The notes below the pieces were generated by a model that was given only the letters and a program-made list of their open reading frames with translations, was not told the DNA's origin and made no database searches. A DNA stretch of 40,255 nt from a virus (Duplodnaviria; Caudoviricetes), in the IMG/VR virus record IMGVR_UViG_3300012990_000006, positions 1 to 40,255 of that record. One strand, given 5' to 3'. Below are positions 35,098 through 40,255 of this stretch, piece after piece. The position numbers and the translations under genes were made by a program. Position 1 is the stretch's first letter, and each line of letters begins with the position of its first letter.

Positions 35098-35367
35098 TTA
35101 ACTATTCCCGTCAACTCCCAGCGCTTTTCGTAGCTGCGCCTCTTCGAATTTCCCGTTGTCACATATGACCTTCAGGATCTCGCGGAATTGACCCACTACA
35201 CGAAACCCGAAGTACATCTTCTCCCGGGTCTCGGTGTCCTTGGCGTCTGTCGAAGCCCACGTCTTTACATAGGCTTGTTCGATTTCAGACAGGATCTCTT
35301 GGACTGTCTCGTCTTCAAGAAGCATCGCGGCCTTTCGGCCACGGGCAAGTAATTGTTCTTTCGTCAT
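35098..35367 (-). CDS. Small head-module protein
   Basis: A..LL.D......W......RE pattern between portal and scaffold. Confidence 0.7.
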   Translation of the reverse strand: MTKEQLLARGRKAAMLLEDETVQEILSEIEQAYVKTWASTDAKDTETREKMYFGFRVVGQFREILKVICDNGKFEEAQLRKALGVDGNS

Positions 35368-37466
35368 TGCGGCGGCATGCCCTGCATCGCGTCACGATCG
35401 CGCTCGACCTGGGCGTTCAGCATGGCCTCGTCGATCATCGCGCCGTACTTCAGTTCGATCTCGCGCAGGCGGATGAAACGATCGGTCTCGATGCGGTCAC
35501 GCTCGCGATCGTCTGCTCTGAGCATCTTCTCGCGCTCGAGTTCGAGTTCGGCCGCCTTCTTCTGGATGTTGGCCTGGATCTCCTGCGCCTGCACTTCGGC
35601 CAGAATCTGCTCTGGCGACTTTTCCGGCTCGGGATTCTCGGGCGGCTGGTAGTCGGCCGGAATCGCATTGAAGAACATCGAGGCGTCCTTGAAGCCGGCC
35701 AGTTCGATCTGCTTGGCCAGGGTGTCGCGGTACTGGGCCAGCGTCACGAGCGGGTTGCTCAGACCAAGTGTCTGCAGCACCAGTTCCTGCTTCTCGGTGA
35801 TCGATCGCAGGATTGCGATACGCTCTTCGTTCGTGCTGGCCGACATCGCGACATTGATCTCTACATCCATCTCGGCGTTCCAGACTCTCGGATCGACCGG
35901 GATGAACTGGCCACGCAGACGCATCATGCGCGGCTGGTCCTGGTGCTTGATGAACATGCGTAGCATTCCGCGGAAAAGGCGCTTCAAGCCCGTCTCCGCA
36001 AACAGTCTGGCCACCAGTTCAATGCGGCCCTGGGCGGCTGCGATCGTGGCCGAAACAGCGGCACGAGTGGACGACTGCAGTGCGTCTGCGTCCATGCCCT
36101 GGCTGGCCTTGGTGATGCCGGTGCGGGCTTCCTTCACGTCGTCCAGGTACTGAACGACAGGGAATGCCTGCTGGCCGACGAATGGTGTGGTGAACGGTTG
36201 AACCATGCCCGGAGCGCGCATCCGAATCACTGCGCCCGTCTCGTTGTTCAAGACGTCGTCCATGTTGACCTGGCCCTCCACCACACCTGTGCGGGGGTGA
36301 ATCGACTGGGCAAGGCTGTCCATGATTCCGCGGATGATTTCGGACTTGGTTTCCTGAATGTCGAAAACCTTCTCGGCCTCTGACAGGCCCACGAGCGTAT
36401 GTGGCTCTGGATCCGCGGGGAAGATCGCGTAGTTGACTTCGTCAGCACCCTCTACGTTCACCACCTTGTACGCACTGCCCATCGTGCAAACCTTGAGCAG
36501 TTCGGCAATGCCGTCGCCGTCGCGGTCAAAGCGCAGCAGGCACTCGACATAGAGAACCTTGCGCGATGCGTCGTCGTTGCGATCGGCCTTGAAGATCGTC
36601 AGTTGCGGGTTGCGCTGGTAGCGCTCTTCGTTGGTCTGGAATTCGTCGTCGCCCGTGCCGGCATGCTCCTTGGCCATCTCTTCGTCGTAGCCCATCGCCA
36701 CCAGTTGAGAGACGGTCAGTTCCTGCCGGTGTGCGATCAGGCTTGCGCTGTCGAGATCCCGGGCGCGGCGGTCAAACAGGAATTCCTCTGGCGGCACGGC
36801 GGCCACGCAGTACTTGCGCTCGGTCTTCGTGCGGCGGATCTTCACGTCGTAGATCATCGGTGCCGGCATCGGCATTCCCGTCATGGGATCGACGACCGAC
36901 TCGACGCCAGGCGCAGGCTTGGCTTCGATCTCGGTGAGTTCAACGTCTGGCTCGTCGAGAAGCATCATCATTGCCTGCTCATCGAGGCCGGAGTATTCGT
37001 AGGTGACGCTGTCGTCGAGTTCCTCGTACCACCACTTCACGATGCCCATCTTTCTGAGAAGCGCATCCTTGAAGCACGAGTACAGGATCGAGAAGCCGAT
37101 GTTCTCTTTGTAAAAGATGTGGTGGATGGCGTCCGTTGCCTGCTCGGCGTGGGCCACGTCTTCAGGCCCGACCGGCAAGTACTCTGCAACGCGCTCGGCC
37201 CCGGCGAAGATTCGCATCAGGGGCGGCATCATGGCGAGAACGGTGTCGCGGACATCGGTCGAGACGAAATCGCTTCGGCCTTCCTCTTCGGTGCCGAACG
37301 GCTCGCCCTTGTAGTACTTCGTGGCCTTGGCCCGAATGGGCGATACCTCGTTGTCGATGAAATCAATGGCGTCGCGCAGTTCTGCCGCAACGGCCGACTG
37401 AAGGCTTTCGCTCACATCATTCGAGGGCTTGTCGCCCTCGTCTTCAACCTTGTCGTAGTCGTTCAA
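35364..37466 (-). CDS. Portal protein
   Basis: YYKGEP.G.EEEGRS..VS.DV.D; FKDALL.K.G.VK; VPPEEF; D.DGDGIAEL; E.RTG; 700 aa; TTG start. Confidence 0.92.
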   Translation of the reverse strand: MNDYDKVEDEGDKPSNDVSESLQSAVAAELRDAIDFIDNEVSPIRAKATKYYKGEPFGTEEEGRSDFVSTDVRDTVLAMMPPLMRIFAGAERVAEYLPVGPEDVAHAEQATDAIHHIFYKENIGFSILYSCFKDALLRKMGIVKWWYEELDDSVTYEYSGLDEQAMMMLLDEPDVELTEIEAKPAPGVESVVDPMTGMPMPAPMIYDVKIRRTKTERKYCVAAVPPEEFLFDRRARDLDSASLIAHRQELTVSQLVAMGYDEEMAKEHAGTGDDEFQTNEERYQRNPQLTIFKADRNDDASRKVLYVECLLRFDRDGDGIAELLKVCTMGSAYKVVNVEGADEVNYAIFPADPEPHTLVGLSEAEKVFDIQETKSEIIRGIMDSLAQSIHPRTGVVEGQVNMDDVLNNETGAVIRMRAPGMVQPFTTPFVGQQAFPVVQYLDDVKEARTGITKASQGMDADALQSSTRAAVSATIAAAQGRIELVARLFAETGLKRLFRGMLRMFIKHQDQPRMMRLRGQFIPVDPRVWNAEMDVEINVAMSASTNEERIAILRSITEKQELVLQTLGLSNPLVTLAQYRDTLAKQIELAGFKDASMFFNAIPADYQPPENPEPEKSPEQILAEVQAQEIQANIQKKAAELELEREKMLRADDRERDRIETDRFIRLREIELKYGAMIDEAMLNAQVERDRDAMQGMPPQ

Positions 37467-37671
37467 TTATTGTCTCGCTTGCAAGTTTCATCGGCACCTT
37501 GACGCAACCGGCCAGCATCTGAAGATCGGGGCCAAACTGCTTTACAAGTTGCGCCTCAAGCTGAAATCCATTGGCCTTGCACTTCTCCACGCTGTCCGTC
37601 ATGGTGTTGGATGCGAAAAACGCGCACTGGTTATTCACGCAGAAAGCAATGACTGCCAAGAACGCGCTCAT
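37444..37671 (-). CDS. Small Cys-containing hypothetical protein
   Basis: MSAFLAVIAFCVNNQCAF...C...GC; located between terL and portal. Confidence 0.55.
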   Translation of the reverse strand: MSAFLAVIAFCVNNQCAFFASNTMTDSVEKCKANGFQLEAQLVKQFGPDLQMLAGCVKVPMKLASETIIERLRQG

Positions 37672-37739
37672 GGAGATTCCCCTATCGGTAGTTAATACCG
37701 AATGTAAGTGCCCAATTTTCGTTTTACTTGACACTTCTG

Positions 37740-39167
37740 TCAATGCGGCGCACGGATTCTTGGGATCTTGCGGCGCAGCGGCTTGCTCCACGGGCTGGAA
37801 AATGAACTCCCGTGAAGAGCCACGCCGGCATCACTTGCAAAGGTAAGCACGAATGCGTCGGCCAGGTCTGGGGAAGACAGTCCTCGCCTGCGGATGTCGT
37901 CTTTCGATTCGATCTGGATCTTGCCGTTCGAAGTGAAGGTGTACCTCACCATCGCCAGTTCGTTGATCAACTGCTCGTCCTTCGGAATCTTGCAGTCCCG
38001 CTTCTCGAGCCACTGCTTGGCCTTGTACCAGAGTTCGGCGCGCAGGTTGCGGTAGGTGTTGCCCATCGCCGGGCTCTCCGAGACGTTGATCCCTCTCGCC
38101 GGCAGGTTCAGTTCGCGCAGCCGATCGACAACACCGGCACCCAGCCCGATCGAGTCCACCAGGATCTCTGTCGGCCGCTCCTTGGCCTCGAGTGCGTCGT
38201 ACTCGGCCTTCACGGCACCCGTAAGCTGCATGAGATCCAGATTTCGCCAGCGCTTGATCTGCTCGGTCACCACATTGCCCTTGCGCTTGCAGAGCGCACT
38301 TGAGTCAGACCCGAACCTGGCCACGTCAACACCCCACACAACTGGCGCGGTGGGGTTGAACGCCACATCGCGATAGACGGCCGACTCGATCAACTCCATC
38401 CCGATCACGGTGTTGTCGTCCGACAGCGGGAACTCACCCAGGACACGGATCCGGTAGGCGTTCGATTCCTCGCCGTACCGACTGGCCATCTCGGTGACGT
38501 AGGCGTCAGAGACGCGCGGGCTGTCAAGGCAGGAGACGCGTCTCGTCCACCACTCGTTGGCCAGGCGGGTGTGGGTGTCGTAGAAGAACCCCGAACTTCT
38601 GACAGGGTTGCCCAACAGGATCGTCAGCGCATTGTGGCCAGACATCGATCCTGCCGCGGCCTCGAACACCTGCTCGGGCACACCGGACGCCTCGTCTGCG
38701 ATCAGCATCACGTTGTCGGCGTGGATCCCCTGGAGCGCTTCAGGCTGCTCGGCCCGGCTCGTCCTCGCGGATATGAACGCCTCGGTGGCGCTCGCCTTCA
38801 GTTCAATCCTCTCGGCCTTCATCTCGATCAGATCCTGCAAGGCCGGCTGCAGTTCCTTCACCCAGCGCTTCACCTCGGCAAAGAGCGCGTCGTACAACTG
38901 CGCACTCGTCGGAGCGGTCACCACCACCTTCACCGGGTAGCGGGTGAGGAAGTACCAGAGCATCGCCCAGGACGCACCCGTCGATTTCCCCACGCCGTGG
39001 CCAGACCGGATCGAGATGCGGCGGTGGCCCTTGTTGATCGCGTCGAGCAACTCGATCTGCCAGGGATCGGGCTCGACACCCAACTGCTCGCGGACAAAGC
39101 CGACCGGATTGTGCTTGTACTTCGTGATGAAATCGACGAACGGGTTTTCAGTTGCGGGTGTGGTCAT
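37740..39167 (-). CDS. terL: Terminase large subunit
   Basis: PDPWQ; Walker A SGHGVGKS; VTAPT..Q; Walker B ADEASG; GNP; nuclease GVDVARFG.D and SPDLADA. Confidence 0.95.
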   Translation of the reverse strand: MTTPATENPFVDFITKYKHNPVGFVREQLGVEPDPWQIELLDAINKGHRRISIRSGHGVGKSTGASWAMLWYFLTRYPVKVVVTAPTSAQLYDALFAEVKRWVKELQPALQDLIEMKAERIELKASATEAFISARTSRAEQPEALQGIHADNVMLIADEASGVPEQVFEAAAGSMSGHNALTILLGNPVRSSGFFYDTHTRLANEWWTRRVSCLDSPRVSDAYVTEMASRYGEESNAYRIRVLGEFPLSDDNTVIGMELIESAVYRDVAFNPTAPVVWGVDVARFGSDSSALCKRKGNVVTEQIKRWRNLDLMQLTGAVKAEYDALEAKERPTEILVDSIGLGAGVVDRLRELNLPARGINVSESPAMGNTYRNLRAELWYKAKQWLEKRDCKIPKDEQLINELAMVRYTFTSNGKIQIESKDDIRRRGLSSPDLADAFVLTFASDAGVALHGSSFSSPWSKPLRRKIPRIRAPH

Positions 39168-39195
39168 ATATGTCAATGCCTCTCAGAAACGATTA

Positions 39196-39216
39196 GAGCC
39201 CCGTACAGGGGCTCTG
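39196..39216. other. Hairpin between the recombinase cassette and terL
   Basis: AGAGCCCC-GTACA-GGGGCTCT; no strong U tract. Confidence 0.4.
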
Positions 39217-39243
39217 TGGTCTTGGGGGTGGTTGGGTAGGGGG

Positions 39244-39417
39244 TCATGCCTCAGAGGCCATCCTGCGCATCGCTGCGTGGCCTATGGATAATCCATAGCC
39301 AACGAGGAGATGCTGGCGGATCGCCTGCCACGATGCACCGCCTGCGCGTAAATCCAAGATGTCGCGTTTGACAAAGGCGCGCTCTTCGGGCGGTAGGGTC
39401 TTCAATGTGGTCTTCAT
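39244..39417 (-). CDS. Small HTH-like protein
   Basis: ILDLRAGGASWQAIRQHL...GLSIGHAAMRRM; ATGA-coupled to the recombinase. Confidence 0.55.
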   Translation of the reverse strand: MKTTLKTLPPEERAFVKRDILDLRAGGASWQAIRQHLLVGYGLSIGHAAMRRMASEA

Positions 39418-40097
39418 GCTTCGCTCCTTTTCAAAATGCGGCTGACCATCGTGGGCTTCCACGATCCGCGGCGGCTGGGGGTGGGTATGTCTCGGCGGTT
39501 TAGTTCGCCCGCGATCGCCGCGAGAGATGCGTGGCCGGCGGCGACGATGTCGTCGATGATCGGCTGGATCAGGCGGGCACGATGGCCAGCGTCCTCGCTC
39601 TTGGCCTTGGCGGCGTGCTGGGCGGCGTCGCGTGTCGGCCGGTATCCACGATCACCACCGAGACGAACTCCCCGCTCCTTGGCCGCCTGAAGGGCCGCCT
39701 TGGTGCGCTCGGAGATCAGGCCGGCCTCAAGTTGAGCCACGGACGCCAACTGCTGAAGGATGAAGGTGGGCACCGCGCCCTCGCCAAGATTCGGCATGTC
39801 GAGAAAGACCACCTGGACGCCGGAGTCGAGGATGGCCCCGACAAAGTTCGCGTTGCGCGCCAGCCTGTCCACCTTGGCCACCACAAGGGTGGCATTCATC
39901 AGCCGGCAGTGATCGAGCGCGGCCTTGAGTTCGGGACGGGTGGAGCGCTTGCCGCTTTCGACTTCCTCGAATTCGGCGATTGGTGGCCAGCCCTTGCCGG
40001 TGAGGTACTGGCGCACTGCAGCCTGCTGGGCCTCGAGGCCAAGGCCAGACTTGCCCTGCTTGTCCGTGCTGACGCGGTAGTAGGCGACGTATTTCAA
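39414..40097 (-). CDS. Serine recombinase (resolvase catalytic domain plus short C-terminal DNA-binding domain)
   Basis: AGGAG RBS and TTG start; YYRVST catalytic Ser; ESGK...RPEL; DRLAR; ISERTKAAL..AK.RG..LG; SL.AIA..LN.R.IPT...G.W....V.R. Confidence 0.92.
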   Translation of the reverse strand: MKYVAYYRVSTDKQGKSGLGLEAQQAAVRQYLTGKGWPPIAEFEEVESGKRSTRPELKAALDHCRLMNATLVVAKVDRLARNANFVGAILDSGVQVVFLDMPNLGEGAVPTFILQQLASVAQLEAGLISERTKAALQAAKERGVRLGGDRGYRPTRDAAQHAAKAKSEDAGHRARLIQPIIDDIVAAGHASLAAIAGELNRRDIPTPSRRGSWKPTMVSRILKRSEA

Positions 40098-40135
40098 TTC
40101 GATCTCCTGTTGGTTGGTTTTGTGCCGTTGATCGA

Positions 40136-40164
40136 ATTGTAATCCTGTTTGATTCTGCATGCAA
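40136..40164 (-). promoter_or_regulatory. Sigma70-type promoter of the serine recombinase
   Basis: - strand TTGCAT-17 nt-TACAAT. Confidence 0.65.
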
Positions 40165-40255
40165 AATTTTTTTCTTTGCCTGTGTGAAAAAACAACACCC
40201 GGGAGGTGGGGTGTCATGTCGGTGTCTGTGACCCTGCGCTGGATCACCCGCCCCC

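Noticed and set aside
39223-39244. G-quadruplex upstream of terL
   Set aside because: Only three runs of three or more G; too weak to support.

Overview
The window is almost certainly a complete, circularly permuted ~40 kb temperate podovirus-like phage genome, with nearly all genes on the - strand. Reading in gene order across the window junction: small terminase (83-526), a self-contained serine recombinase cassette (39244-40164), large terminase, portal, scaffold, DUF5309/SU10-type major capsid protein, adaptor, tail and fibre genes, a lysis cassette with an inserted HNH gene, tail tube/nozzle and putative ejection proteins. Then come a small + strand accessory operon, an intact attP (3' half of tRNA-fMet), tyrosine integrase and Xis, and a Cro-like HTH heading a replication operon (RuvC-like resolvase, XF1762-like GNAT, SNF2 helicase, DUF2800, DUF2815 SSB, C5 DNA methyltransferase, PolA, primase-helicase). 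Small accessory genes follow (NrdR-like Zn ribbon, Ntn-hydrolase, dNTP diphosphohydrolase, TraR-like factor), then an iteron-like putative origin. The tRNA fragment and ANDN motifs suggest an alphaproteobacterial host (inference). The most notable observations are: a 153-aa ORF with its own RBS nested out of frame in the methyltransferase gene; tandem ssrA-tag-like ANDN motifs at that enzyme's C-terminus; a shared terminal GLL motif across four putative ejected proteins, the last of which meets an unannotated convergent 58-aa ORF; a serine recombinase cassette between terS and terL; and no recognisable CI repressor. All family calls are from motif recognition by eye; no database searches were run.
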